Origin: Beijerinckiaceae bacterium
Lineage (GTDB): Bacteria > Pseudomonadota > Alphaproteobacteria > Rhizobiales > Beijerinckiaceae
DNA: 64,000 nt
Direction of reading: 5' to 3'
Assembly: GCA_009773635.1 (NCBI GenBank)
Contig: WSYC01000012.1
Coordinates: 114,030-178,029 of the forward strand
Shown here in pieces: positions 48,463-58,992 of the stretch (within the stretch, counting starts at the first letter, position 1; each line of letters starts with the position of its first letter). The notes under the pieces were generated by a model that made no database searches, had not been told where the DNA came from, and saw nothing but the letters and a program-made list of their open reading frames with translations. The translations under genes were made by a program, and so were the position numbers.

Positions 48463-49386
48463 ATGGTCAGGATGATCCGCTTCTCTCGTGCTGCATTCAC
48501 GCTCATCGCCCTTTTCGTTGGGGCGATGCAGTGTGTCACGATCGCCCGTGCGCAGGATGCTGCGGATTTCATCCTCCGGCTCGACCGGCTGGAGGCGGAA
48601 AACCGTCGCCTCACCGGGCAGGTCGATGAGTTGAAATTTCAGCTCAGACGGCTTGAAGATCAAATCAAGCGCTTCCAGACCGATTCGGATACGCGCTTCC
48701 GCGATCTCGAAGGCAATCGGGGCGGCATCCGGCCTGCCCCCAATGCCGGCCAGCCCGTACCGGGTCCGGTCACGCCGCAGAAGCGGTCCGATGCGTTCGA
48801 TCCTGCCACGTCAAATACAGCGCCCGGCGCACCCCGCCCGCTCGGTTCGACCGGCGTCGCCACGCCGCCCGGCGCTCCTCTGTCGGCCGGCACCCTGCCG
48901 CCCGGTGGTCGGCTGGTACAGGATGGTGAACTCGGCGCGCCGCTCGATGTTTCCGGCCAGCGGCGCCCGCCTGTCCCGCCGCCGGTGACGGATATGCCAC
49001 GCGGCGATGCCAAATCGGACTTTGATTTCGCCAAATCCCTCGTCGATCGCGGCGATTACGAACTCGCGGAAGGGGCTTTCAAGGATTACATGCGCACCTA
49101 CCCGAAGGACCGGCGCGTCCCCGATGCCACGTTCTGGCTCGGCGAGAGCTATCTGCGGCGCACGCGCTACCGCGAAGCTGCAGAACATTTCCTGACGGTC
49201 ACCAGCAAATATTCCAATGTGCCCAGAGCCCCGGAGGCGATGCTCAAGCTCGGCATTTCCCTGCGCGGTCTTGGCGCGATCCAGGAAGCCTGCGGCACCT
49301 TCGCGCAGGTCGGCAAGAAATATCCCAATGCATCGGCTGCCATCAAGCAGGCGGTCGAGCGCGAGAGGGGCCGGGCACAGTGCTAG
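48463..49386 (+). CDS. cpoB: Tol-Pal protein YbgF/CpoB
   Basis: Signal peptide, coiled coil, TPR domain with A.FWLGESY and APEAMLKLG.SL. Confidence 0.93.
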   Translation: MVRMIRFSRAAFTLIALFVGAMQCVTIARAQDAADFILRLDRLEAENRRLTGQVDELKFQLRRLEDQIKRFQTDSDTRFRDLEGNRGGIRPAPNAGQPVPGPVTPQKRSDAFDPATSNTAPGAPRPLGSTGVATPPGAPLSAGTLPPGGRLVQDGELGAPLDVSGQRRPPVPPPVTDMPRGDAKSDFDFAKSLVDRGDYELAEGAFKDYMRTYPKDRRVPDATFWLGESYLRRTRYREAAEHFLTVTSKYSNVPRAPEAMLKLGISLRGLGAIQEACGTFAQVGKKYPNASAAIKQAVERERGRAQC

Positions 49387-50332
49387 ACGACGAGGACAGC
49401 GGCCTGATCGACCAGCTTCCTCTGACAGCGGAAGAGGCTCTGGCGCTGCTGCGTGGCGCGCTGGGCAGCGACGATTGCTCCGGCATCCTGCTGTGTGTTT
49501 CCGGTGGCCCTGATTCGATGGCCATGCTCGGGCTGTGTGCGGCGGCGCGCGCCTATCTTCCTCCCCTCGCGGTCGCTACCGTCGACCACGGTTTGCGGGC
49601 CGAATCGAAGGATGAAGCGGCATTCGTCGCGGATTTCTGCCGCGAGCTCGAACTGCCGCATTGCACGCTTATCTGGACCGACGGGCCTTCCGGCGCGGTC
49701 AATCAGGAAACAGCCCGCAAGGGGCGCTACGCGCTGCTCCTGAGATCGAGCGCGGCCCGATGCGGCATATCCGGCCGTTTCTGGAAGTGCCCAAGACCCG
49801 CCTCGTCAGCACCTGCACCCAGAACAACTGGCTCTACGCACGGGACCCCTCCAATCAGGACCCGCGCTTTACCCGCACCCGCATGCGGGCGCTGATGCCA
49901 ATTCTCGCCGGCGAAGGGCTGACAAACGAGCGGCTTGGAACACTCGCCGCGCGCGCCCGCCGCTCCGAAGATGCCCTCGATCATGTGGCGCGGCGCTCCG
50001 TGGAAAGCGCGATCATCCGCCGCGCGCCGGACGGCGGCGCGATCCGGCTGAAGGCCGACCCGTTCTATACCGAGCCTTTCGATCTCGCACTTCGGATGCT
50101 CCGGCGCTCGATGCTGGCGATCGGCGGCGAAAATGATCGGGAACTGCAGATCTCTTTGGCCAAGCTCGAACGCCTGCTCAAGAACCTGCGGATGGCGATC
50201 CGGGATCAGCGGCCGTTCCGCCAGTCGCTGGCCTGGACGGTGATCGCTCATGGCGGCGGGTATCTCGAGGTGCGCACAGCGCCTCCACGCCGCAGCACCA
50301 AAGGCACTGAACGCGCCGCCGGAAAGCGCTGA
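49380..50332 (+). pseudogene. tilS: tRNA(Ile)-lysidine synthetase with internal deletion and frameshift at about 49740
   Basis: Frame 1 carries VSGGPDSMAM, VDHGLR and ARKGRYALL. The sequence then shifts frame into IRPFL.VPK.RL and DPSN.DPRF.R.R.R. The H..DDQAET/RGSG segment between them is absent. Confidence 0.85.
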
Positions 50333-50376
50333 ATGCGATGAAATTAACCGGCAGGACGCGAAAAGATTTCGCGCTT

Positions 50377-50405
50377 CTTGGCAATTGGTTCTGCCACGCC
50401 TAAAT
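50377..50405 (+). promoter_or_regulatory. RpoH (sigma32)-type promoter of ftsH
   Basis: CTTGGC-16 nt-CCTAAAT, resembling CTTGAA-N16-CCTATAT. Confidence 0.5.
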
Positions 50406-50473
50406 ACTCTTCCAGATACGGGCGTTTTCCGGCCTCTGCCGGAAGCCCAAGGAACCGGTGAGACGCCCCCTCC

Positions 50474-52396
50474 ATGAACCCGAATTTCCGCAATATTGCC
50501 CTTTGGGCCATCATTCTCCTGCTGGTTCTCGCGCTGGTGTCGGTTTTCCAGAGCCCGTCCACGCGATCCGCCGGGCATGAAATCCCCTATTCCGCGTTCG
50601 TCGACAGCGTGGAAAAGGGCAAGGTTGAACGCATCATCACGTCCGGCTACGACATTCAGGGCGCCTTCAACGATGGTTCCGGCACTTTCCAGAGCTACGG
50701 GCCAGTGGACGAGAAGCTGCGGGAGAAGATGCGGGACAAGGGCGTGAACGTCTCCTACCGCTCCCCGAACGCGGACACCCCGTGGTACATGTCGCTGATC
50801 ATGAACTGGCTGCCGCTGGTGTTTTTCCTCGGCGTGTGGATCTTCATGTCGCGCCAGATGCAGAACGGTGCCGGCCGCGCGATGGGTTTTGGCAAATCGA
50901 AGGCCAAGCTGCTGACCGAAGCCCACGGCCGCGTGACCTTCGAGGATGTTGCGGGCATCGATGAAGCCAAGGAAGACCTGCAGGAAATCGTCGAATTCCT
51001 GCGCGACCCGCAGAAATTCCAACGCCTTGGCGGGCGCATTCCGCGCGGCGTGCTGCTGGTTGGTCCGCCGGGCACGGGTAAAACCCTCACCGCGCGTGCG
51101 GTTGCCGGCGAAGCCAATGTGCCGTTCTTCACGATTTCCGGCTCGGACTTCGTGGAAATGTTCGTCGGCGTCGGCGCGTCCCGCGTTCGCGACATGTTTG
51201 CGGAAGCGAAAAAGAATGCACCCTGCATCATCTTCATCGATGAAATCGACGCCGTCGGCCGCCATCGCGGTGCTGGCCTCGGCGGCGGCAACGACGAGCG
51301 CGAGCAGACGCTGAACCAACTCCTCGTCGAGATGGACGGCTTCGAGGCCAACGAGGGCGTGATCATCATCGCCGCGACCAATCGCCCCGACGTTCTCGAT
51401 CCGGCGCTGCTGCGTCCGGGTCGTTTCGACCGCCAGATCGTGGTGCCTCTGCCGGATGTCAACGGCCGCGAGCGCATCCTGCGCGTCCATTGCCGCAAGG
51501 TGCCGATGGCACCGGACGTCAACCTGAAAACGCTTGCCCGCGGCACGCCCGGCTTTTCGGGCGCGGACCTGATGAACCTCGTCAACGAAGCGGCATTGCT
51601 CGCCGCGCGCCGCAGCCGCCGCCTCGTCACGCACCTCGAGTTCGAGGACGCGAAGGACAAGGTGATGATGGGTGCTGAACGCAAATCCATGGCGATGTCT
51701 GCCGAGGAAAAGAAGAATACAGCCTACCACGAGGCCGGCCACGCGATCATCGCGCTCAAGGTGGCGGGCATCGACCCGATCCACAAGGCAACGATCATCC
51801 CGCGCGGCCGGGCACTCGGCATGGTGATGACCCTGCCGGAGAGCGACCGCTACTCGATGTCGCGCGAGAAGAGCCTCGCCCGGCTGGTGATGCTGTTTGG
51901 TGGCCGCGAGGCCGAAATCATCACCTTCGGGCCGGAAAAGGTCACCAACGGTGCGACCGGCGACATCCAGATGGCGACCGGCCTTGCGCGCGCCATGGTG
52001 ATGGAATGGGGCATGAGCGAGCGGCTTGGCCGCGTGCGCTATGCCTCGAACCAGCAGGAAGTGTTCCTCGGGCATTCGGTATCGCAGACCACCAACATGT
52101 CCGATGAAACCGCCAAGCTGATCGACGAGGAAGTCCGCAAGTTGATCGAGGAAGGCGAAACCGCCGCCCGCAAGATCATCACCGAGAACAAGGATCAGTT
52201 TGTCGCGATCGCCGAAGCCCTGCTCGAGTTCGAGACGCTGACCGGCGATGAACTCCGCGCTCTCATGGACGGCAAGCGTCCGACGCGTGAAGACCCGGAC
52301 GAACCGGCCACGCCGCGCGGTTCCGCCGTGCCGACCTCCGGCAAACCGCGTCCGCCCGAAGCCGAAGGCGGCATGGAGCCGCAGCCGCAAGGTTAA
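50474..52396 (+). CDS. ftsH: ATP-dependent zinc metalloprotease FtsH
   Basis: Two TMs, [17 protein letters not shown], second region of homology, HEAGH. Confidence 0.99.
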   Translation: MNPNFRNIALWAIILLLVLALVSVFQSPSTRSAGHEIPYSAFVDSVEKGKVERIITSGYDIQGAFNDGSGTFQSYGPVDEKLREKMRDKGVNVSYRSPNADTPWYMSLIMNWLPLVFFLGVWIFMSRQMQNGAGRAMGFGKSKAKLLTEAHGRVTFEDVAGIDEAKEDLQEIVEFLRDPQKFQRLGGRIPRGVLLVGPPGTGKTLTARAVAGEANVPFFTISGSDFVEMFVGVGASRVRDMFAEAKKNAPCIIFIDEIDAVGRHRGAGLGGGNDEREQTLNQLLVEMDGFEANEGVIIIAATNRPDVLDPALLRPGRFDRQIVVPLPDVNGRERILRVHCRKVPMAPDVNLKTLARGTPGFSGADLMNLVNEAALLAARRSRRLVTHLEFEDAKDKVMMGAERKSMAMSAEEKKNTAYHEAGHAIIALKVAGIDPIHKATIIPRGRALGMVMTLPESDRYSMSREKSLARLVMLFGGREAEIITFGPEKVTNGATGDIQMATGLARAMVMEWGMSERLGRVRYASNQQEVFLGHSVSQTTNMSDETAKLIDEEVRKLIEEGETAARKIITENKDQFVAIAEALLEFETLTGDELRALMDGKRPTREDPDEPATPRGSAVPTSGKPRPPEAEGGMEPQPQG

Positions 52397-52435
52397 ATTC
52401 CGCTGAGCAAGGCTGAATCGCCTGGAACTGACAGC

Positions 52436-52460
52436 AAAACGGGCCTTAAGGGTCCGTTTT
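52436..52460. terminator. Terminator after ftsH
   Basis: aaaacgggcc-ttaa-gggtccgtttt. Confidence 0.6.
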
Positions 52461-52527
52461 CTGCATTTGAGGACAAGACTTGCCTGACAGGTCCGAATGC
52501 GGCAAGGCAATCGGGTGGGTATAGGGG

Positions 52528-53874
52528 ATGAGCATGGCGCGGAAATATTTCGGAACCGATGGCATTCGCGGGCGCGCGAACGGCAAGATCACGCCGGAAC
52601 TCGCGCTCAAGGTCGGGCAGGCCGCCGGCCTCGTCTTCCAGCGCGGCGATCACCGCCACCGCGTGCTGATCGGCAAGGATACCCGCCTTTCCGGCTACAT
52701 GATCGAGACCGCGCTGGTTGCCGGGTTCACCTCCATCGGTATGGATGTGATGCTCACCGGCCCGATCCCCACGCCGGGTATGGCCATGCTGACGCGCTCG
52801 ATGCGCTGCGATATCGGCGTGATGATCTCGGCCTCGCACAATGCCTACGAAGACAACGGCATCAAACTGTTCGGGCCGGATGGCTACAAGCTCTCGGACG
52901 AGGTTGAAGCTGCGATTGAGGCCCTGCTCGACCAGGATATTTCCGGCCGCCTCGCGCCGCCCAAAGCCATCGGCCGGGCACGCCGCATTGATGACGCGCA
53001 GGCGCGCTACATCGAATTCGCCAAGCGCACCCTGCCGCGCGCGCTCGATCTCGACGGCATGCGCATCGTCGTCGATTGTGCCAATGGTGCCGGCTACCGC
53101 GTCGCGCCGGAAGCACTCTGGGAGCTGGGGGCCGAAGTCATCACCATCGGCACCGAGCCGGATGGCTTCAACATCAACCGCGATGTCGGATCAACCTCGC
53201 TGAATGCTCTCCAGCAGAAGGTGCGCGAGATGCGCGCCGATATCGGCATCGCGCTCGACGGCGACGCGGACCGCGTCATGATCGTCGACGAAAAAGGCCA
53301 TGTCGTCGATGGCGACCAGCTGATGGCGGTGATCGCGACAAGCTGGCAGCAGGACGGGCGGCTGACCAAACCCGGCATCGTCGCGACCATCATGTCGAAC
53401 CTCGGGCTGGAACGTTATCTCGCCAGCGTCGGCCTTACACTCGCCCGGACGCAGGTCGGGGATCGCTATGTGCTCGAACACATGCGCGAACACGGCTTCA
53501 ACGTCGGTGGCGAGCAATCGGGCCACATCATCCTGTCCGATTATTCGACCACCGGCGACGGGCTGATCGCGGCCTTGCAGGTGCTCGCCGTGCTCCGGCG
53601 CGACAATCGCCCGGTCAGCGAGATCTGCCACCGGTTCGAGCCGCTGCCGCAAATCCTCAAGAACGTGAAGACGCGCTCCACGCAGGTGCTGGCCAATGAT
53701 GCCGTCAACAGCGCGATTGAAAAGCTGCGGGCAACGCTCGGGGCCAGCGGCCGCCTCGTCATCCGCCCTTCCGGCACCGAGCCGGTGATCCGCGTGATGG
53801 CCGAGGGCGATGATCGCGACCGCGTCGAGCAGGTCGTCGATGATGTCATCGAGGTGATCACCCGCGCGAGTTGA
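52528..53874 (+). CDS. glmM: Phosphoglucosamine mutase
   Basis: [39 protein letters not shown]. Confidence 0.98.
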   Translation: MSMARKYFGTDGIRGRANGKITPELALKVGQAAGLVFQRGDHRHRVLIGKDTRLSGYMIETALVAGFTSIGMDVMLTGPIPTPGMAMLTRSMRCDIGVMISASHNAYEDNGIKLFGPDGYKLSDEVEAAIEALLDQDISGRLAPPKAIGRARRIDDAQARYIEFAKRTLPRALDLDGMRIVVDCANGAGYRVAPEALWELGAEVITIGTEPDGFNINRDVGSTSLNALQQKVREMRADIGIALDGDADRVMIVDEKGHVVDGDQLMAVIATSWQQDGRLTKPGIVATIMSNLGLERYLASVGLTLARTQVGDRYVLEHMREHGFNVGGEQSGHIILSDYSTTGDGLIAALQVLAVLRRDNRPVSEICHRFEPLPQILKNVKTRSTQVLANDAVNSAIEKLRATLGASGRLVIRPSGTEPVIRVMAEGDDRDRVEQVVDDVIEVITRAS

Positions 53875-53979
53875 TCGACAGAGCGGACTTCGCCAACACC
53901 CTGTAAAACGGATCGCCCGGCGGCGAGAAAGCGCCCGTATTCAGGCTGTTTCAGAAGATGTTAGGGATAATTTTTAAGG

Positions 53980-53995
53980 TTAAGCGCCCCTTAAC
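53980..53995 (+). promoter_or_regulatory. Perfect CtrA box upstream of the outer-membrane protein gene
   Basis: TTAA-gcgcccc-TTAAC, with an extra TTAA at 53974. Confidence 0.8.
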
Positions 53996-54071
53996 CAAGT
54001 TCTGGCATGGTTCCTAATGTTCGATTCCAGCGGCATGAAAAGGCCGCTCGATATGCATGAAGGGATATCAC

Positions 54072-54899
54072 ATGCGCAGCCTCCAGACGCTTCGTGCGGC
54101 GGGTATTGCAGCACTTCTGGCGACCGCCTCGACCGGCATCGCCTCGGCTGCAGACATGCTTGCACCGCCCCCGCCGCCGCCGATGATGCAGGCCCCGCCG
54201 CCGCTGGATGTGGGCGGAGGCTTCTATCTTCGCGGCGATGTCGGCACGGGCCTCTACAGCAACTCCAGCATCCGCACCGTTCCGGCCGTTGCCGGCCTGC
54301 GCACGATCGACAGCTCGATCGACGGCACGCATTTCATCGGGATCGGCGCTGGCTACCAATACAATTCCTACCTGCGCACGGACTTCACAGCCGAGTATCG
54401 CCTCGATGCCAAGCACCGGCACACCGACGTTTTCACCGGCCCGCCGGTTAACTCCAACCTGATCACCGGCAAGGTCGGCGGCTTCGTGGCGCTGGCCAAC
54501 GCCTATGTCGATCTCGGCACCTGGCATCGCATCACGCCGTTTGTCGGCGTCGGCGCCGGTTTTGCCACGATGACGATGGGCAAGACGACCGATTACAATC
54601 TCACCGCCGGCGGCGCTGTCGGCGGCACGGGGCCGTCGAAAACCCAGACCCGCTTCGCCTGGGCCCTCCACGCCGGTGTCGGCTACGATCTCACGCAGAA
54701 CTGGAAGGCCGAAGCTGCCTACCGCTACCTGCGCATCGGCGACGTCAACGGCGGTCAGGTCACCTGCGCCGGCGCCTGTCCCTACAACGTCCGGATCAAC
54801 AGCCTCGCCAGCCACGACATCAAGGTCGGCCTGCGCTATGCCTTCGCCGACATGGCCGCGCCGATGTATGCGCCCGGCCCGCTGGTGCGGAAGTACTGA
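54072..54899 (+). CDS. Outer-membrane beta-barrel protein (Omp25/RopB-like)
   Basis: Signal ending ASAADM, Pro-rich linker, GFYLRGDVG, G.G.GYQ+N..LR.D.T.EY, NAYVDLGTW..ITP+VG.G.G. Confidence 0.9.
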   Translation: MRSLQTLRAAGIAALLATASTGIASAADMLAPPPPPPMMQAPPPLDVGGGFYLRGDVGTGLYSNSSIRTVPAVAGLRTIDSSIDGTHFIGIGAGYQYNSYLRTDFTAEYRLDAKHRHTDVFTGPPVNSNLITGKVGGFVALANAYVDLGTWHRITPFVGVGAGFATMTMGKTTDYNLTAGGAVGGTGPSKTQTRFAWALHAGVGYDLTQNWKAEAAYRYLRIGDVNGGQVTCAGACPYNVRINSLASHDIKVGLRYAFADMAAPMYAPGPLVRKY

Positions 54900-54932
54900 A
54901 TTCGTCTGAAGGGTCTCGAAACCGAAGACAGG

Positions 54933-54958
54933 ACGGCGCGGCTCCCCGCGCCGTTTTT
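54933..54958 (+). terminator. Terminator after the omp gene
   Basis: acggcgcgg-ctcc-ccgcgccgt followed by a T-run. Confidence 0.85.
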
Positions 54959-55043
54959 GTTGTCGGGTGAACAGAAGAAATTTCGTCTTCCTCACCGCGG
55001 GCGATTGCTTTTTCTCCGCAACAGGCGTAGCTCCATCGGCGGG

Positions 55044-55092
55044 ACATCTCCCCCCAACGGGAGGCGCCCATCTGTAAGGATGGAGATCACAG
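55044..55092 (+). promoter_or_regulatory. serC leader RNA motif (putative cis-regulatory element)
   Basis: CUCCC-ccaac-GGGAG, GCGC linker, CCAUC-uguaag-GAUGG overlapping the RBS. This matches the recalled two-hairpin alphaproteobacterial serC element. Confidence 0.65.
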
Positions 55093-56259
55093 ATGACGAT
55101 GACGGCCCCCGCCGCGCTCCCGCGCGTTGCAACTTTCTCTTCCGGTCCTTGCGCCAAACGGCCGGGCTGGTCCCTTAAAGCCCTCGCTGATGCCCCGCTT
55201 GGCCGCTCGCACCGCGCGAAGATCGGCAAGGCGAAGCTCAAGCTCGCAATCGACCTCACCCGCGAAATCCTGCAAGTGCCGGCGGATTACCGCATCGGCA
55301 TCGTCCCGGCGTCCGATACCGGCGCAGTCGAGATGGCGATGTGGTCGCTGCTCGGCGCCCGCCCGGTGACCATGGTCGCTTGGGAAAGCTTCGGCGAAGG
55401 CTGGATCACGGACGTCACCAAGCAGCTCAAGCTCGCCGATGTCGAGACCGTCAAGGCGCCCTACGGCGAATTACCGAACCTGAAGAAAATCGACACGAAG
55501 AACCGCGATGTCGTCTTCACCTGGAACGGCACGACCTCGGGCGTACGCGTGCCGGACGCCGACTGGATCGCCGGGGATCGCGAAGGTCTCACGATCTGCG
55601 ACGCCACCTCCGCTGCTTTCGCGCAGCGCCTCGATTGGGCGAAGCTCGATGTCACCACCTTCTCCTGGCAGAAGGTGCTCGGCGGCGAGGCTGCGCATGG
55701 CATGCTCATTCTCTCCCCGCGCGCTGTGCAGCGGCTTGAGACCTACAAGCCGGCCTGGCCGCTGCCGAAGATCTTCCGCCTGACCTCCGGCGGCAAACTG
55801 ATCGAGGGCATTTTCCAGGGTGAGACGATCAACACACCGTCCATGCTCTGCGTCGAGGATTACATCGATGCGCTGATGTGGGCGAAAAAGGTCGGCGGGC
55901 TCGATGGCCTCGTCAAGCGCGCGGATGCCAACACCCGCGCCATCGCCAGCTTCGTGAAGAACACGCCGTGGATCGATTTCCTCGCCGTCAAACCCAAGAC
56001 GCGCTCGAACACCTCGGTCTGCCTCAAGTTCACCGACCCCAAGGTCGTGGCGCTGCCGGCGGACAAGCAGGCGGAGTTCGCCAAGGGCGTCGTCGCGACG
56101 CTGGAGAAGGCGGGCGCCGGCCTCGATCTCGGCCATTACCGCGATGCCCCTCCGGGCCTCAGGATCTGGTGCGGCGCGACCGTACAGACCCGCGACGTGA
56201 AAGCGCTGATCCCGTGGATCGAATACGCGTTTGCCAAGCAGCTCGCGACACTCAGCTGA
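55093..56259 (+). CDS. serC: Phosphoserine aminotransferase
   Basis: [51 protein letters not shown]. Confidence 0.97.
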   Translation: MTMTAPAALPRVATFSSGPCAKRPGWSLKALADAPLGRSHRAKIGKAKLKLAIDLTREILQVPADYRIGIVPASDTGAVEMAMWSLLGARPVTMVAWESFGEGWITDVTKQLKLADVETVKAPYGELPNLKKIDTKNRDVVFTWNGTTSGVRVPDADWIAGDREGLTICDATSAAFAQRLDWAKLDVTTFSWQKVLGGEAAHGMLILSPRAVQRLETYKPAWPLPKIFRLTSGGKLIEGIFQGETINTPSMLCVEDYIDALMWAKKVGGLDGLVKRADANTRAIASFVKNTPWIDFLAVKPKTRSNTSVCLKFTDPKVVALPADKQAEFAKGVVATLEKAGAGLDLGHYRDAPPGLRIWCGATVQTRDVKALIPWIEYAFAKQLATLS

Positions 56260-56264
56260 CAATG

Positions 56265-56358
56265 CCATGCCCGCCCTTGGGGCGGGTATCCATGCCTTTC
56301 CTTTTCTTTCCCCTTTTCTGGATTCCCGCTCGGGCCTCTGGCCCGTCGGGAATGACAC
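56265..56358. repeat. Composite REP-like element between serC and serA
   Basis: Left arm catgcccgccc-ttg-gggcgggtatcca, pyrimidine spacer, right arm CTGGATTCCCGCTCG-hairpin-CGTCGGGAATGACAC. The right arm is the reverse complement of the 38782 arm. Confidence 0.8.
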
Positions 56359-56372
56359 CCTGAGGTGATCCC

Positions 56373-57962
56373 ATGACCAAACCCCGCGTTCTCATCTCCG
56401 ACGCCCTTTCTCCCGCCGCCGTGCAGATCTTCAAGGATCGCGGCATCGACGTGACCTTCGATCCGAGCCTCGGCAAGGACAAGGACAAACTCGCTGCTGT
56501 GATCGGCGAGTATGATGGCCTCGCCATCCGTTCCGCCTCCAAGGCCACCGCGAAGCTGCTCGAAGGTGCACCGAACCTCAAGGTGATCGGCCGCGCCGGC
56601 ATCGGCGTCGATAACGTCGATATCCCCGCCGCGACCGCCAAGGGCATCATCGTGATGAACACGCCCTTCGGCAATTCGATCACCACCGCCGAACACGCGG
56701 TGGCGCTGATGTTCGCGCTCGCCCGCCAGCTTCCGGCGGCGGATGTCTCCACCCAGGCCGGCAAGTGGGAGAAGAACCGCTTCATGGGCGTCGAGCTTGA
56801 AGCCAAGACGCTGGGGCTGATCGGTGCCGGCAACATCGGCTCGATCGTCGCGCGCAAGGCTGTTGGTATCGGCATGAAGGTCGTGGCCTTCGACCCCTAC
56901 CTCTCGCCGGAGCGCGCCGTGCAGATCGGTGTCGAGAAGGTGGAACTCGAAGACCTGCTCCGTCGCGCCGATTTCATCACGCTCCATGTGCCGATGACCG
57001 AGCAGACGAAGAACCTGATTTCGGCTGAGGCGCTTGCCAAGTGCAAGAAGGGTGTGCGCATCATCAACTGCGCGCGCGGCGGGCTGGTCGACGAGCAGGC
57101 GCTGGCGGATGCGATTCTGTCCGGTCATGTCGCGGGCGCGGCCTTCGACGTCTTCTCGGTGGAGCCTGCCGAATCGAACCCGCTGTTCGGGCTTGAGAAT
57201 GTGATCTGCACGCCGCATCTGGGTGCCTCGACCAACGAGGCGCAGGAGAATGTCGCGCTTCAGGTCGCCGAGCAGATGTCGGATTATCTGCTGACCGGCG
57301 CGATCACCAACGCGGTGAACTTCCCGTCGATTTCGGCAGAGGAAGCCCCGAAGCTGAAGCCCTTCGTCGCGCTTGGCGAGAAGCTCGGCGGCTTCCTCGG
57401 CCAGTTGACGGAAGCGCCGATCAAGTCGATCCGTATCCAGTATGAGGGCGAGGTCGCAAACCTCAATGTCCGCCCGATCACGGCCGCTGCGATCACCGGC
57501 GTGCTCCGTCCCTTCCTGCCGGAAGTGAACATGGTCAACGCGCCGATGACCGCGAAGGAGAAGGGCATCCAGGTCGATGAGGTCAAGCGCCACGCCGAAG
57601 GCGAGCACGAAAGCCGCATCTATATCGAGGTTGTCGCCGAGGACATGCCGCGCAACGCCGCCGGCACGGTCTATCAGGATGGCAAGCCGCGCATCATCGA
57701 AATCCGCGGCATCAAGATGGACGCGGAATTCGCGCCCCACATGCTCTACGTCCGCAATGACGACAAGCCGGGCTTCATCGGCAACTTCGGTTCCTTGCTC
57801 GGCCAGAACAAGATCAACATCGCAACCTTCAACCTCGGTCGCAACCAGCCGGGCGGGGATGCGATCTGCTTCGTCGCGGTGGATGATGCCATCAGCGACG
57901 ATGTGCTGAAAGCGATCCACGCCATCCCGCACGTCAAGCGCGCGCGGCGACTGAAGTTCTGA
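56373..57962 (+). CDS. serA: D-3-phosphoglycerate dehydrogenase
   Basis: GRAGIGVDNVD, GLIGAGNIGS, INCARGGLVDE, TPHLGAST.EAQ; C-terminal ACT domain. Confidence 0.98.
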   Translation: MTKPRVLISDALSPAAVQIFKDRGIDVTFDPSLGKDKDKLAAVIGEYDGLAIRSASKATAKLLEGAPNLKVIGRAGIGVDNVDIPAATAKGIIVMNTPFGNSITTAEHAVALMFALARQLPAADVSTQAGKWEKNRFMGVELEAKTLGLIGAGNIGSIVARKAVGIGMKVVAFDPYLSPERAVQIGVEKVELEDLLRRADFITLHVPMTEQTKNLISAEALAKCKKGVRIINCARGGLVDEQALADAILSGHVAGAAFDVFSVEPAESNPLFGLENVICTPHLGASTNEAQENVALQVAEQMSDYLLTGAITNAVNFPSISAEEAPKLKPFVALGEKLGGFLGQLTEAPIKSIRIQYEGEVANLNVRPITAAAITGVLRPFLPEVNMVNAPMTAKEKGIQVDEVKRHAEGEHESRIYIEVVAEDMPRNAAGTVYQDGKPRIIEIRGIKMDAEFAPHMLYVRNDDKPGFIGNFGSLLGQNKINIATFNLGRNQPGGDAICFVAVDDAISDDVLKAIHAIPHVKRARRLKF

Positions 57963-57988
57963 TCCCAAACCGCTGCCGGACGACAATC

Positions 57989-58013
57989 AGGGCGCCCTTA
58001 CGGGCGCCCTTTT
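57989..58013. terminator. Terminator between convergent serA and DMT genes
   Basis: agggcgccc-ttac-gggcgccctttt. Confidence 0.75.
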
Positions 58014-58017
58014 CGCA

Positions 58018-58917
58018 TCAACGCTTGGCGCGTTCGGCGATGGCGATGCCGCCGAAAACAAGCACCAGTGCGGCCGCATGGTGCCAGCCGAAGGGCTCAC
58101 CAAGGAATAGTACCGCGAGCCCGGAGCCGATCACCGGCACGAGGTTGGCGAAAATCCCGGCCCTGCCGGGGCCGATCAACTCGACGCCGCGCATGAAGAA
58201 GATCTGCGCAAGGAAACTCGGAACAATCCCGACGAAGGCGAGCACCGCCCAGCCTTTCAGCGTCGGCAGCTGCGCCTTGCCCAGCGCAATCTCGGCTGCG
58301 AGGAAGGGGAGCGAAATCACCCCGGCAACAACCGCCAGCGCCGCGAAGAACACGATGCTCGGAATGGCGGGCCGCTCCTTGAGCTTGACTGTGTAACCCG
58401 CGTAAAACGCGCAGGCGATGATCATCAGGATATCGCCGATGTTGAAGGAAAACTCGCGCAGGCGCTCGGGGTGGCCGTTGGTCGCGGTCAGGATCACGCC
58501 GAAGATGGTCAGCGCGACCCCGAGGATCTGGAGCCCGCGCACCGGCGTGCGATAGGCCAGGAATGCGCCGAGCAACACGCAGATCGGGATCGCGCCCTGC
58601 AACAGCGACATGTTCACCGCCGTGGTGAATTGCGCCGCCGAATACATCATCACGTTGAAGGCGGTGTAGCCGAGCGCCCCCATCATCCCCATATAGACGG
58701 GGTGAGCACGGATGACCGGAAGGGCCTGCCGCAACTCCTTGCCGTAGAAGGCCGCCAGCAGCACCGCGACGAGGAGCCAGCGCCCGGCTGTCAGCACCAT
58801 CGGCGATATCTGGCCGACCGAGAACCGCGCGACAACCGCATGCGCGCCCCAGAACAGCATGGTCAGCGACAGCAGGAGATAGGCATTCGAAGAGAGGGAA
58901 CGGAATTTTGATGACAT
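58018..58917 (-). CDS. DMT/EamA family transporter
   Basis: Ten TM helices in two EamA repeats (LFWG...V.R; G..RAG+F.NLVPV...E). Confidence 0.92.
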   Translation of the reverse strand: MSSKFRSLSSNAYLLLSLTMLFWGAHAVVARFSVGQISPMVLTAGRWLLVAVLLAAFYGKELRQALPVIRAHPVYMGMMGALGYTAFNVMMYSAAQFTTAVNMSLLQGAIPICVLLGAFLAYRTPVRGLQILGVALTIFGVILTATNGHPERLREFSFNIGDILMIIACAFYAGYTVKLKERPAIPSIVFFAALAVVAGVISLPFLAAEIALGKAQLPTLKGWAVLAFVGIVPSFLAQIFFMRGVELIGPGRAGIFANLVPVIGSGLAVLFLGEPFGWHHAAALVLVFGGIAIAERAKR

Positions 58918-58992
58918 TTTCCGGGGGTCATTGTGCAGGAGGGCAAGGCAGGATATCCGATTCCGGTCGCAACACGAGATCGGCAGGTGGGC

